Of a stretch of 64,000 bases of DNA, positions 1-10,027 are shown in pieces. The notes beneath the pieces were generated by a model, which saw only the letters and a program-made list of their open reading frames with translations, was not told the DNA's origin and did no database searches. A program made the position numbers and the translations under genes. This DNA comes from an uncultured Actinomycetes bacterium (lineage in GTDB: Bacteria; Actinomycetota; JAICYB01), in assembly GCA_964560135.1 (NCBI GenBank), contig CAZLKN010000004.1:26997-90996 (forward strand). Reading direction: 5' to 3'. Position 1 is the stretch's first letter, and each line of letters starts with the position of its first letter.

Positions 1-17
1 ATCGCGATCTTCGGCAT
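1..17 (-). CDS. 5' end of a gene running off the window (MPKIA...)
   Basis: ATG at 17 on the minus strand, preceded by AAAGGAG RBS just downstream of the ADH stop; only 5 codons visible. Confidence 0.5.
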
Positions 18-39
18 GTTCTCGATCTCCTTTCAGGCT

Positions 40-1113
40 TCAGCGGGCCGGTGCCCCGCCCGGTGTGAGCAGCACGCGGATCCCCGCGTCCGGCTCGGCA
101 GCCGCGCGAAATGCGTCCCCCACCTCTTCGAGTGGACGGCGCGATGAGACCAGCGCATCCAGGTCCAGCAGGCCACGTCGGTACAGCCGGAAGTACGCAT
201 CCAGATCGCGGTGCGGCCGGACCGATCCCCGCAGACAGGCCAGGATCCTCCGCTGTCTCACGACGAAGTCGAAGCCGTCCACCCGGAACGACGATCCGAA
301 GGGTGGCGCCCCGATGATCGTGGCGGTCCCACCTCGGCAAGCGAGCCGCACCGCCGCCTCCATCACCTCGGGACGTCCGGATGCTTCGAATACGTGGTCG
401 AACCCGTCCGGGGCGATCTCCCGCAGCCCCGCTTCGGCGCCGTCGGCGGTGTCGGTGGCCCCCAGCCGCGAGGCCAGCTCACGGCGCGCCGCGGCGGGGT
501 CGGCGGCGACGATGCGTTCGGCTCCGGCCACCCGGGCGCCCATCACCACGCTCGCACCAACACCCCCGCATCCGAGGATCGCCACCGTCTCACCCGGCGC
601 GACCCGGGCCACGTTGAACACCGCACCGAGGCCGGTGGTGACCGCGCATCCGGTGACGGCGGCCACCTCCATCGGCACGTCATCGGGTACCGGCACGCAG
701 CCGAGCTCGTGGACCACGGCGACCTCCGCGAACCCGCCGTTGGACGACAGCAGGCCGTCGTCGGCGTAGGGCTGCGGGATGTCGTCCTGCGCCCGGCAGA
801 GGACCGGCATGCCGCGCTCGCACGCCGCGCAGTGTCCGCAGTGCGGGTTCACGACCACCACGCGGTCCCCGGGGGCGACCCTCGTCACGGCGTCGCCCAC
901 GGCTTCCACCGTCCCGGCGAACTCGTGTCCGAGCACTGCGGGGAAGGCGTCCCACAGCGACCCGGAGGCGTAGGCCAGGTCGGTGTGGCACACGCCGCTG
1001 GCGGCCACCGCCACCCACACGTCGTGGGGGCCGGGCGGAGCCAGATCGACGTCGCGGAGGACGGGGCCGGTCGCTGCCCGCTCGACCACCGCGGCCCGGA
1101 TGCGGCGTGTCAT
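40..1113 (-). CDS. Zn-dependent alcohol dehydrogenase (MDR superfamily)
   Basis: GVCHTD, GHEFAG, structural-Zn CGHCAAC...C, GCGGVG Rossmann motif. Confidence 0.92.
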   Translation of the reverse strand: MTRRIRAAVVERAATGPVLRDVDLAPPGPHDVWVAVAASGVCHTDLAYASGSLWDAFPAVLGHEFAGTVEAVGDAVTRVAPGDRVVVVNPHCGHCAACERGMPVLCRAQDDIPQPYADDGLLSSNGGFAEVAVVHELGCVPVPDDVPMEVAAVTGCAVTTGLGAVFNVARVAPGETVAILGCGGVGASVVMGARVAGAERIVAADPAAARRELASRLGATDTADGAEAGLREIAPDGFDHVFEASGRPEVMEAAVRLACRGGTATIIGAPPFGSSFRVDGFDFVVRQRRILACLRGSVRPHRDLDAYFRLYRRGLLDLDALVSSRRPLEEVGDAFRAAAEPDAGIRVLLTPGGAPAR

Positions 1114-1126
1114 CGCGTCGCCCGGA

Positions 1127-1984
1127 TCAACCGGCGAAGGCGTTCACGGGGGCGCCGGTGGCGCCGGGGCGACAACGGAACAGCGACCCTCCGAGCTCGT
1201 CGGCGCCGGCAGCGGAGGTGATGTAGAGGTCGCCGAGGTCCTCACCGCCGAACGCGCAACTCGTGATGTGCGGCGTCGGGAGCTCCACCACGCCGACCAG
1301 GGTCCCGTCGGGTGCGTAGCGGCGCACCGACGAACTGTTGTAGACCGCGACCCACAGGAAGCCATCGGCGTCGAGGGTCATCCCGTCGGGGAGCCCGTCC
1401 TCCGGTGCGATGTCCACGAGCCTGCGGCGGTTGGTGACGCCGCCCGTATCGAGGTCGTAGTCGAAGACGTCCACCCCGTGGGCCATGCTGTCGATGTAGT
1501 ACATCGTGCTGCGGTCGGTGGTCCAGTCCATGCCGTTGGAGATCGTCACGCCCTCGAGGATCGTCGTGACCGACAGGTCGGGATCCAGCCGGTACAGAGC
1601 CCCGGCGCCGGCGGAGGCGTCGAAGGCCATCGTCCCCGCCCAGAACCGGCCGGCAGGGTCGACCTTGCCGTCGTTCATCCGGACGCTGGGGTCGTCCGCG
1701 CCCACCTCGACCAGCATCTCGATCTTCTTCGCACCGGGATCGAGGGAGGCGAACCCATCCACCACGGCGACGACGAGACCCCCGGAGGCGCGTCTGACCA
1801 CGGCGCCCACCGGCTTGCCCACGTCGAGCACGGTGTCCGCGCCGGTCCGCGGGTCGTAGCGGTGAACCGCCCCACCGATGATGTCCACCCACCACAGGAC
1901 GCCCTCGTCGACGTCCCAGAGGGGTCCCTCCCCGGGCTCGGCCTTCGCTTCGACCACGAGTTCCACGTCGGTCCAGGTATCCAC
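1127..1984 (-). CDS. SMP-30/gluconolactonase/LRE family lactonase
   Basis: GEGPLWD, RMNDGKVDPAGRFWAGTM, SNGMDW, PDGMTLD; start reassigned to GTG 1984 behind AAGGAGG. Confidence 0.92.
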   Translation of the reverse strand: MDTWTDVELVVEAKAEPGEGPLWDVDEGVLWWVDIIGGAVHRYDPRTGADTVLDVGKPVGAVVRRASGGLVVAVVDGFASLDPGAKKIEMLVEVGADDPSVRMNDGKVDPAGRFWAGTMAFDASAGAGALYRLDPDLSVTTILEGVTISNGMDWTTDRSTMYYIDSMAHGVDVFDYDLDTGGVTNRRRLVDIAPEDGLPDGMTLDADGFLWVAVYNSSSVRRYAPDGTLVGVVELPTPHITSCAFGGEDLGDLYITSAAGADELGGSLFRCRPGATGAPVNAFAG

Positions 1985-2090
1985 CGGCTCCTCCTTGTCC
2001 CTCGACACCCGAGGCTGGCCCCGCCTCAGCCCTGAGTGTAGGTTAGCTGATAAGTGGTCTGTATCGGACCGACGATCAGGGCTTGGGCCG

Positions 2091-3077
2091 TCAGCCGGCA
2101 TCCGCGGCGATGCGCTCGAGGATCTCGAGGTCGGCGGCCGCCTCACGCAGTCCCGATGTGGGGGCCCGGCCCCCGGTCACGGCCTCGTGCAGGTCGCGCC
2201 AGGCGCGGCGCACCGGGCCCTCGTGGGGAACGATCGCGTGCCGTACTCCGTCGGCGTCCATCCGCATCGCACCGCCGGTATCACCGGTGAGCATGGGCTC
2301 GGCCAACGAGATGTCCACGTAGGCGTCCGGGGCGACGAGCTCGAGACGGCGCAGCGCGCGCGGGGCCGCCTGCGCGACGAGCGTCACGTGGACGGATACC
2401 TCCCCGCAGTGCAGGACGGCCTCGACCCCACCGTCGAACGTCGCGGCGTGCGTCACGTCGTCCACGCCCCCGAACACCAACCGGAGGACGGCCGCGATCC
2501 CGGCCCCCGGCCCCCGGAGCCGTTCGCGGACGCCCGCTCCCGGATCGGACGGCGTCCACAGCTCTTCGGGTCTGATGCCCACCGGCTGCGTCTGCGCGTC
2601 GACCAGCCCCCACGGGGGCCCCACCACGAACGTGAGGGTCGCCAGCGACGCATCCCGGACGAGGTCGCCTGCCAGTTCGATGCCGCCGGCCAGGGCCGGA
2701 TCGTGGGCCGGCGCGCTGCACACGCCGACCCGGAGCTCCCGTTCTTCGGCCCTACCCGCGAGGTCCCGGGCCTGTCCGGCGTCCTGCGCCGGAGGGTCGT
2801 CCACCATGATGCCCCGGACACCGTCCCCGATGGATCGCAGAGCCTCGGTGCGATCGGGGGGCGGTCCTGTGACGCATACGACATCGGAGCGGAAGGCGAT
2901 CTCGTGTGGCTCCATGGCGGGAACGCCCAACCGCTCGGCGACGGCGGCAGCCCGGGCGGGATCCGGATCGGAGACGCCGCTGACGGCATAGCGCTCCGGG
3001 AGCGACACGAGGGCAGGCAGGTGGGCGGCCTGCACGGACGGCCCGGCCCCCAGCAGGCCCACCCGCAGCCTCGTCAC
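2091..3077 (-). CDS. Gfo/Idh/MocA-like oxidoreductase, divergent (EKP motif replaced by DDP)
   Basis: RVGLLGAG...HLPAL N-terminus resembles the adjacent paralog; GTGA overlap with the upstream stop. Confidence 0.7.
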   Translation of the reverse strand: MTRLRVGLLGAGPSVQAAHLPALVSLPERYAVSGVSDPDPARAAAVAERLGVPAMEPHEIAFRSDVVCVTGPPPDRTEALRSIGDGVRGIMVDDPPAQDAGQARDLAGRAEERELRVGVCSAPAHDPALAGGIELAGDLVRDASLATLTFVVGPPWGLVDAQTQPVGIRPEELWTPSDPGAGVRERLRGPGAGIAAVLRLVFGGVDDVTHAATFDGGVEAVLHCGEVSVHVTLVAQAAPRALRRLELVAPDAYVDISLAEPMLTGDTGGAMRMDADGVRHAIVPHEGPVRRAWRDLHEAVTGGRAPTSGLREAAADLEILERIAADAG

Positions 3078-4132
3078 CGCGGCTCCCACCGCCGGTCCGC
3101 CTCCTCGGCGACCCGCAGCGCGAACGCCACGTCCTCGGATCCTTCCAGCGCCGGGGTGAGCGGCTCCGCCTCACCGCGGGCGACGGCGGCGACGTGCCGC
3201 CACTCGGCCCGGTAGCCGGTCTCGTGGGCATCGCCGAAGCGCTCCTCGTGGACGATCCCGTTCGCCGAGCGCACGAGCCGGGCCGACGCCGATTTCGTCG
3301 GAACGTACCCGGGAGGGAACACGACCCCGGCGTAGGCGTCCGGCGACCACATCTCGAAGGTCCAGGACACGCGCGGGATCCGGTGGAGGAACCCGGACAG
3401 CTGCGCGATCCGCCCATCCGAACGAAGGCTCGCCTCGTATCCGGAGGCCCCGAGGGGCAGGGCGACGTCCACGGATTCCGGATGCGGCAGCGCAAGACGG
3501 ACGAGCGGGGCATGATGGATGAACAGCCCGAGCATGAGTCCGCGGAACATGAGCAGTTCGATCGGGGGGGCCTGTCCGGACGGCTGCGCCGACGGTGCAA
3601 CCGCGCCGGCGGACGCGGCCACCGGCTCGGTGGCGAGCGCGACGAGGTCGGCGTTGGGCATGACCTGGATGGTGGACCGGATCAGGCGGGCACGGGATGG
3701 CAGGTCGTCCCAGCGTCGTTCGAGTGCGCGCAGGGCAGGGTCGTAGCGGTGCATGGTCGCGACGATCACCGGCACCCCCGTCTCGGCGGAAGCCTGGACC
3801 ACGGCCCGGGTCCCGTCCATGGTGTCGGCCAGCGGCTTCTCGCAGAGCACCGCGCGCTTGCCGGCATGGCATGCGGCGACGACCTGCTCGGCGTGGAACC
3901 GGTCGGGAGAACAGACCACGACCACGTCGACGTCCGCGTCGTCGAGTGGCGCCGCGGGGTCCGCCGAGGACCGGGCTCCGACGCGGCCGGCCACGCGTGC
4001 GGCCAGCTCGGCGTCGGGGTCGGCGCAGTGCACGACCCCGAAGAGCTCCGGGAGGCTCGCCAGCGCGGGAAGATGGATCGCCTGTGCGGCTGCGCCGCAT
4101 CCCAGGATCCCCACGCCAAGCCGATCCGCCAC
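3074..4132 (-). CDS. Gfo/Idh/MocA family oxidoreductase
   Basis: GILGCG, VDVVVVCSPDRFH, VLCEKPLA; AGGAGG RBS. Confidence 0.92.
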   Translation of the reverse strand: MADRLGVGILGCGAAAQAIHLPALASLPELFGVVHCADPDAELAARVAGRVGARSSADPAAPLDDADVDVVVVCSPDRFHAEQVVAACHAGKRAVLCEKPLADTMDGTRAVVQASAETGVPVIVATMHRYDPALRALERRWDDLPSRARLIRSTIQVMPNADLVALATEPVAASAGAVAPSAQPSGQAPPIELLMFRGLMLGLFIHHAPLVRLALPHPESVDVALPLGASGYEASLRSDGRIAQLSGFLHRIPRVSWTFEMWSPDAYAGVVFPPGYVPTKSASARLVRSANGIVHEERFGDAHETGYRAEWRHVAAVARGEAEPLTPALEGSEDVAFALRVAEEADRRWEPR

Positions 4133-4198
4133 CTGTCCCTCCTGGAGCCTCGAAGACCAGTGCGCTAACTTATCAGAGAACTAGACATCGGAAGGAGC

Positions 4199-5062
4199 GT
4201 GAGCGCCGTGCAGGCTGAAGTCGCCGCCACCGGACTCGGTTTCCCGGAGGGCCCGGTGGTCCTCCCCGACGGCCGCGTCGCCGTCTGCGAGGAGTATGCC
4301 GGGCGGATCAGCGTCTTCGACGGAACCGCACTGGCCCCCGTGGCGGACACCGGCGGGTCCCCGAACGGCGCCACGCTCGGGTCCGACGGCCACCTGTACG
4401 TCGCCCAGAACGGCGGCGTGGTCGGCGCCTGGAGGTCCGAACAGCCGATCCAGCCCGGCATCCAGCGCGTCGCCCTCGACGGGACCGTCGAGCGGATCCT
4501 CACCGAGGTGGCCGGTATCGCACTCGAGGCCCCCAACGACATCTGCTTCGGTCCGGACGGACGTCTGTACTTCACCGACCCCGCCTACGCCTACGATCCT
4601 GGCGACACGCAGGACGGACGGATCTTCGCCGTCGGCGGCAACGGCGGCGAAGTGTTCCACGCACCGGGTCGCGTGTACAACAACGGACTCGGCTTCCTGC
4701 CCGACGGTCGGCTGTGCTGGGTGGAGTCCTACACCCGCAACGTGATGGTGTTGGAGGACGGCGTGGGCCGGAAGCTGTGCACGCTACCCGACGGCCACAT
4801 CCCCGACGGCTTCGCCGTCGCCTCCGACGGACGCATCTTCGTCGCGACCTACATCTCCCACGGGATCGACGTCGTTTCGCCCGGCGGGGAGCACCTCGAC
4901 CATCTGCTGCTCGACGAACGTGCCACCTGCACGAACTGCGCGTTCCAGGGCTCGGTGCTCTGGGTGACCGACGTCGGCGAGGACGGCAAGCTCGACGGCG
5001 GGCGGCTGTGGCGCGTGGAGACCGACGCCGCCGGACTCCCGATGCACGCCGGTGCCCTCTGA
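4199..5062 (+). CDS. SMP-30/gluconolactonase family protein
   Basis: FPEGPV, PNGA, APNDICFGPDGRLYFTDP, NNGLGF, PDGFAV; AAGGAG RBS. Confidence 0.9.
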   Translation: MSAVQAEVAATGLGFPEGPVVLPDGRVAVCEEYAGRISVFDGTALAPVADTGGSPNGATLGSDGHLYVAQNGGVVGAWRSEQPIQPGIQRVALDGTVERILTEVAGIALEAPNDICFGPDGRLYFTDPAYAYDPGDTQDGRIFAVGGNGGEVFHAPGRVYNNGLGFLPDGRLCWVESYTRNVMVLEDGVGRKLCTLPDGHIPDGFAVASDGRIFVATYISHGIDVVSPGGEHLDHLLLDERATCTNCAFQGSVLWVTDVGEDGKLDGGRLWRVETDAAGLPMHAGAL

Positions 5063-5081
5063 CAGCCCGCGACGTGGCGTT

Positions 5082-5096
5082 TCTCGCTCTGCGAGA
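5082..5096. promoter_or_regulatory. Palindrome TCTCGC-tct-GCGAGA, candidate IclR operator
   Basis: Perfect 6-3-6 inverted repeat just upstream of the IclR gene and its -10 hexamer TAGACT (5100-5105). Confidence 0.6.
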
Positions 5097-5110
5097 TGCT
5101 AGACTGCGCC

Positions 5111-5881
5111 GTGCTCTCCTCCGTCGCCAACGCCTTCCGGGTCGTGGACCTGCTCGCCGAACGCGGTGAGCTGGGCGTATCGGAGATCGGTCGCCGCCTC
5201 GACCTCACCACCGCCACAGCTCACCGATTGGTTTCCACGCTCGTGGGCACCGGTCTGGTCGAGCGCAACCCGGACACCCGCAGGTACCGCCTGGGGACGA
5301 AGGTCCTCGTGCTCGCCCAGCAGGTGCGCGGCCGCCTGGGGGTGCGGGACGCACTGCGGCCGATGCTCGAGAAGCTGGCTGCGGACACCAACGAGACCGT
5401 CAACCTCGGGGTGCTGCGCGACGGCGACATCGTGTACCTGGAGAAGATCGACTCCAACGAGCTGTTCCGGATCGAGATCCAGGTGGGGGCCAAGGTCCCC
5501 GCATACTGCACCGGGCTCGGGAAGGCGATCCTCGCCTCCCTGCCCGCTGATGAGCTGGGGGCCTACCTCACCGATCTCAAACCCACAGCCCACACACCGG
5601 CGACGATCACGTCGAAGCGTCGGCTCAAAGAGGAGCTGGACGCGGTCCGGAAGCAGGGATACGCGGTCGACCGCGGCGAGCTCCTCGCCGACGTGTGGTG
5701 CGTGGCCGTCCCGATCGTCGATGCCGACGGCCGCCCGGTGGCGGCCCTCAGCGTCTCGGCCCCCAGATCACGCTTCGAAGCCCGTTCGGAGCGGTTCGTG
5801 CGAGCCGCCCTGCGGCACGCCGCCGATGCCTCCGAGGCGGTCGCCGGCTTCGGCCCCCCCGACGGCCGCATCGCGCTGTAG
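5111..5881 (+). CDS. IclR family transcriptional regulator
   Basis: wHTH (SVANAFRVVDLL...ATAHRLVSTL), ETVNLGV, PAYCTGLGKAILA, GYAVDRGE; probable leaderless GTG at 5111 (ATG 5096 is an alternative). Confidence 0.95.
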   Translation: MLSSVANAFRVVDLLAERGELGVSEIGRRLDLTTATAHRLVSTLVGTGLVERNPDTRRYRLGTKVLVLAQQVRGRLGVRDALRPMLEKLAADTNETVNLGVLRDGDIVYLEKIDSNELFRIEIQVGAKVPAYCTGLGKAILASLPADELGAYLTDLKPTAHTPATITSKRRLKEELDAVRKQGYAVDRGELLADVWCVAVPIVDADGRPVAALSVSAPRSRFEARSERFVRAALRHAADASEAVAGFGPPDGRIAL

Positions 5882-5901
5882 ATCGCCTTCCTGCCGGCTG
5901 C

Positions 5902-6912
5902 TCACGCTCCGGAGCGGTCGGCCAGGCACACGGCGACGTCGACGATCATGTCCTCCTGGCCCCCGACGACTTGTCGGCGTCCGAGCTCGACGAGGATGTC
6001 CTTGACGCCGACTCCGAAGCGCTCCGCGGCACGCTCGGCGTGGAGCAGGAAGGAGGAGTACACGCCCGCGTAGCCCAGCAGCAGTCCGGCCCGGTCGACG
6101 ACCTGGGGACGGTGCATGATCGGCCGGACGATCTCCTCCGCGACGTCCATGATGGACAGTGGATCCACGCCCGTCGGGATCCCGAGCTTGTCGCACACGG
6201 CCACCAGAACCTCCGTCGGACAGTTGCCTACTCCGGCCCCCAGACCGCAGGTGCAGCCGTCGATCTGTGTCGCGCCCTCCTCGAGCGCGGCCAACGAGTT
6301 GGCGACGCCGAGGCCCAGGTTGTGGTGGGCGTGGAAGCCCACCTCACAGTCGAGCGCCTCGCGCAACGCCGCCACCCGGGCGCGGGCGTCGGGGATGGTC
6401 ATCGCGCCGGCGGAGTCGACGACGTACACGCAGTCCGCACCGGCGGCCTCCATGATCCTGGCCTGGTCGGCGAGCCGGTCGGGTGGGGTCATGTGCGACA
6501 TCATCAGGAACCCGACGGCTTCCATCTCCAGCCGCTTGGCCGTGGCGATGTGCTGGCGGGAGATGTCCGCCTCTGTCGAGTGCGTCGCGATCCGCGCGAC
6601 CGACGCTCCCAGGTCGCGGACGGCGACCAGATCGTCGGCCATGCCGATCCCCGGGAGCAGCAGGACGGCGAGCCGGGCGCGCTCGATCGCCTCCGACGCC
6701 GCCCGGATCAGCTCACGCTCGTCGTGGGCGGAGAAACCGTAGTTGAACGACGATCCCCCGAGGCCGTCACCGTGGGACACCTCGATCACCGGGACCCCGG
6801 CGGCGTCCAGCCCGGCCGCCACCCGCCGCACCTCGTCGGGGGAGAAGCGGTGCGACACCGCGTGCGATCCGTCCCGGAGGGTCGAGTCGGTGAGCCGGAA
6901 CCCGGGGGTCAC
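5902..6912 (-). CDS. dmpG: 4-hydroxy-2-oxovalerate aldolase
   Basis: [67 protein letters not shown]. Confidence 0.96.
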   Translation of the reverse strand: MTPGFRLTDSTLRDGSHAVSHRFSPDEVRRVAAGLDAAGVPVIEVSHGDGLGGSSFNYGFSAHDERELIRAASEAIERARLAVLLLPGIGMADDLVAVRDLGASVARIATHSTEADISRQHIATAKRLEMEAVGFLMMSHMTPPDRLADQARIMEAAGADCVYVVDSAGAMTIPDARARVAALREALDCEVGFHAHHNLGLGVANSLAALEEGATQIDGCTCGLGAGVGNCPTEVLVAVCDKLGIPTGVDPLSIMDVAEEIVRPIMHRPQVVDRAGLLLGYAGVYSSFLLHAERAAERFGVGVKDILVELGRRQVVGGQEDMIVDVAVCLADRSGA

Positions 6913-7823
6913 GACCCCACCTGGGTCGGATGCCGGGTCGCCAGTGCCTCGCCGACGCGGACGGCGGCCGCGGTCATGATGTCGAGGTTGCCCGCGTACG
7001 GCGGAAGGTGGTCTCCGGCGCCGGTCACCTCCAGCAGCACGGTCACCCGTCGCGCCGCCGCGCCTCCGGGGGTCGCGAACGGGCCGTCGTCGAAGACCGG
7101 GCGACCGGCCAGCCGGTAGCCGGGGACGTAGCGGGCGACCTCGGCGACCATCTCCTGTACGGATGCCTCGACCGCGTTCCGGTCGGCGCCGTCGGGCAGC
7201 GCGCAGTAGACGGTGTTGCGCATCACGATCGGCGGTTCGGCGGGGTTGAGGACGATGATCGCCTTGCCGCAGGACGCACCCCCGATCTCCTCCAGAGCGC
7301 GGGCGGTGGTGCGGGTGAACTCGTCGATGTTGTTCCGGGTGCCCGGGCCCGCGGACCTCGAAGCCACGGTGGACACGATCTCCGCGTAGGGCACGTCGCA
7401 GATCCGCCGTACCGCGGCGACGATGGGCACCGTGGCCTGGCCCCCACAGGTGACGAGGTTGAGGTTGGACACGCCGGCATGCGCCTCGAGGTTCACAGGC
7501 GGGACGACGCCGGGCCCGAGTGCCGCGGGCGTGAGATCGACGGCCGTGAGGCCGGCTTCCCGGTAGCGCGGAGCGTTGGCGGTGTGCACGGAGGCCGACG
7601 TCGCCTCGAACACGATCCGCGCGCCGCGATCATGGTCCAGGAGCCAGCCCACACCCTCGTGGGTGGCCTCGACACCGTGCTCGCGTGCCTCGGCCAGGCC
7701 CCGGCTGTCCGGCTCGATCCCGACGAGCGCGACGAGCTCCAGCGCCTCGGACCGCAGCACCTTGTGCATGAGATCGGTCCCGATGTTCCCCGAACCCACG
7801 ATCGCGCAGCCGAGCTTCTCCAT
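6909..7823 (-). CDS. dmpF: Acetaldehyde dehydrogenase (acylating)
   Basis: [11 protein letters not shown], catalytic [30 protein letters not shown]; true start ATG 7823. Confidence 0.96.
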   Translation of the reverse strand: MEKLGCAIVGSGNIGTDLMHKVLRSEALELVALVGIEPDSRGLAEAREHGVEATHEGVGWLLDHDRGARIVFEATSASVHTANAPRYREAGLTAVDLTPAALGPGVVPPVNLEAHAGVSNLNLVTCGGQATVPIVAAVRRICDVPYAEIVSTVASRSAGPGTRNNIDEFTRTTARALEEIGGASCGKAIIVLNPAEPPIVMRNTVYCALPDGADRNAVEASVQEMVAEVARYVPGYRLAGRPVFDDGPFATPGGAAARRVTVLLEVTGAGDHLPPYAGNLDIMTAAAVRVGEALATRHPTQVGS

Positions 7824-7846
7824 GGATCTCCCGACACCGATGCCCT

Positions 7847-7861
7847 TATCTCGCAGCGAGA
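7847..7861. promoter_or_regulatory. Candidate IclR operator in the dmpF/hpcH divergent promoter
   Basis: TATCTC-gca-GCGAGA (reverse complement TCTCGC-tgc-GAGATA) matches the site at 5082. Confidence 0.5.
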
Positions 7862-7913
7862 ATCTATCACACATGGCGGAAAACGATGCCCTCGGAACGT
7901 GTACGCTCAGAGG

Positions 7914-8696
7914 ATGGTGGACGACCCCACAGCTGCCGGTTCGCGACCCCCGTTGCCCCAGCGCCTGGCCGACGGTCCGCCGCTGCTCGGCACGCTGACG
8001 ATCGTGCCCTCGCCGGAGATGACCGAGGTGCTGGCACTCGCGGGCTTCGAGGTCGTCGTCGCCGACACCGAGCACGGATCCTTCGGCACCGAAGCCCTCC
8101 CGCCGCTGATCCTGGCCGCTCGCACGCGCGGGGCCTACGCCATGGTGCGCGTACGGACCGCCGAGGCCTCGCTCATCTCCTCCGCTCTCGATGCCGGGGC
8201 AGACGGCGTGATCGTGCCCCAGATCTCCTCGGTCGATGCAGCGCGTGCGGCCGTCGCAGCGGCACGCTTCTCCCCCCGCGGCACCCGCGGCGCGAACCCG
8301 TTCGTGCGCGCCGCCGGCTACCGCGGCAACGAGGACTGGTACGCCCACGCGAACGAGACCACCGCCGTCGTCGTCATGATCGAGGGACCCGCGGGCATCG
8401 AGACTCTCCCCGAGATCCTGCGCGTCGACCATCTCACCGGTGTGCTGGTCGGCCCCTTCGATCTCTCGCATGCTCTCGGCATCCCTGGACGCACCGAGGA
8501 CCCCGCCGTGATCGCGGCGGTGGAGAGGGTCATCGAGCAGGCCGGCAGGGCGGGGGTCTCCAGCGGCGTCTTCGCCCCGACACCGGCCGCGGCACGCCGG
8601 TGGATGAAGGCCGGCGCGTCCTTCGTGATCTTCGGCGTCGACACGGCGTTGACGCTCGAGGGCGTCGGCCGCCTCGTCGGCGAGGCCCTGCCGTGA
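7914..8696 (+). CDS. HpcH/HpaI family class II pyruvate aldolase
   Basis: [38 protein letters not shown]; ATG 7914 lies 6 nt after TACGCT. Confidence 0.93.
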   Translation: MVDDPTAAGSRPPLPQRLADGPPLLGTLTIVPSPEMTEVLALAGFEVVVADTEHGSFGTEALPPLILAARTRGAYAMVRVRTAEASLISSALDAGADGVIVPQISSVDAARAAVAAARFSPRGTRGANPFVRAAGYRGNEDWYAHANETTAVVVMIEGPAGIETLPEILRVDHLTGVLVGPFDLSHALGIPGRTEDPAVIAAVERVIEQAGRAGVSSGVFAPTPAAARRWMKAGASFVIFGVDTALTLEGVGRLVGEALP

Positions 8697-8772
8697 CCGT
8701 CCGCAGCTACGTCCGGTAGACGCGCAGGATGGCGGTGTCGTGAACCGTAAAACCACATCACGAGGAGGCTCC

Positions 8773-9972
8773 ATGCCGATGAACGTGACCGCCGTTGAGA
8801 CGATCCGTGTGGAAGAGTTCCCCAACATCGTCTGGGTGCAGGTGCACACCGACGGCGGTCTCACGGGCCTCGGAGAGACGTCGTTCATGCCGGCCCCCGT
8901 CGAAGCCCACATCCACGAGACGATCGCACCGTATCTCCTCGGCAGCGATCCGCTGCAGATCGATCGTCACTGGCGGTCCGGTGTCCAGCACGTCGCCTTC
9001 GCCGGGACGGGGGCCGAGATGCGGGCGAGGTCCGCCTTGGACATCGCCCTGTGGGACCTGTTCGGCAAGGCCACCGGACAGCCCGTGTACCAGCTGCTCG
9101 GCGGCCTGAGCCACGATCGGATCCGCACCTACAACACGTGCGCCGGGTACGGGTACATCCGGTCGGGGGCGCAGTCCGTCGCCAACTTCGGCCTCGAGGC
9201 GGACGGTGGCCCCTACGAGGATCTCGACGCGTTCCTGCACCGCGCCGACGAGCTCGCCCACTCGCTGCTCGCCGAGGGCATCACCGCGATGAAGATCTGG
9301 CCCTTCGACGCCGCGGCGGAGGAGTCGGGGGGCCACCGCATCGAACGCAACGCCCTGCGAACGGCTCTCGAACCGTTCCGCCGCATCCGCGAGGCCGTCG
9401 GCGACCGCATCGACATCCTGGTCGAGATGCACGGTCTGTGGGACCTGCCCTGCGCGGTCCAGATCGCGCACGCCACCGAGGAGTACGAGCCGTACTGGTT
9501 CGAGGATCCGATCAGGATGCACGACCTCGGCGCGCTCCGCGAATTCTCCCTGCGCACGAAGACCCGCACCACCGCGAGCGAAACCCTCGCCGGACGCTGG
9601 GGCTTCCGGGATCTCCTCGAGCAGCGCGCAGCGTCGGTGATCATGTTCGACCCCGCGTGGTGCGGTGGCATCTCCGAAGCCAGGAAGATCGCGGCGATGG
9701 CCGAGGCCTACCAGCTCCCGGTCGCACCGCACGACTGCCTCGGCCCGGTCGAGTTCCTCAGCGCGCTGCACGTGTCGTTCAACGCCCCCAACACGCTCGT
9801 CCAGGAGTCGGTTCGGGCGTTCTACACCGGCTGGTACACCGAGCTCGTGACCCACGTGCCGCGACCGGTGGACGGCTGGTTCGCTCCGCCCCCGGGGCCG
9901 GGCCTCGGCACCGGACTCGACCCCGATCGCTTCGCCGCTGCCGACGTTCACCGACGCATCTCCGCCCGATAG
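8773..9972 (+). CDS. Mandelate racemase/muconate lactonizing enzyme family (probable acid-sugar dehydratase)
   Basis: [34 protein letters not shown]; GAGGAGG RBS. Confidence 0.92.
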   Translation: MPMNVTAVETIRVEEFPNIVWVQVHTDGGLTGLGETSFMPAPVEAHIHETIAPYLLGSDPLQIDRHWRSGVQHVAFAGTGAEMRARSALDIALWDLFGKATGQPVYQLLGGLSHDRIRTYNTCAGYGYIRSGAQSVANFGLEADGGPYEDLDAFLHRADELAHSLLAEGITAMKIWPFDAAAEESGGHRIERNALRTALEPFRRIREAVGDRIDILVEMHGLWDLPCAVQIAHATEEYEPYWFEDPIRMHDLGALREFSLRTKTRTTASETLAGRWGFRDLLEQRAASVIMFDPAWCGGISEARKIAAMAEAYQLPVAPHDCLGPVEFLSALHVSFNAPNTLVQESVRAFYTGWYTELVTHVPRPVDGWFAPPPGPGLGTGLDPDRFAAADVHRRISAR

Positions 9973-9997
9973 ACTGGTTCCCTTATCTGAGATAGCA

Positions 9998-10012
9998 TCT
10001 CGCTATACGATA
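9998..10012. promoter_or_regulatory. Candidate IclR operator
   Basis: TCTCGC-tat-ACGATA, one mismatch from 13047-13061. Confidence 0.5.
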
Positions 10013-10027
10013 CAGAGCGGAGGAGCG

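Noticed and set aside
1-17. Assigning MPKIA... to a GH4 glycosidase
   Set aside because: Five codons are insufficient
5902-7823. Aromatic meta-cleavage pathway
   Set aside because: Only the last two enzymes are present; no dioxygenase, hydrolase or hydratase in the window
6909-8912. Apparent 667-aa and 588-aa overlapping proteins
   Set aside because: Each N-terminal extension is the antisense of the divergent gene; true starts are 7823 (-) and 7914 (+)
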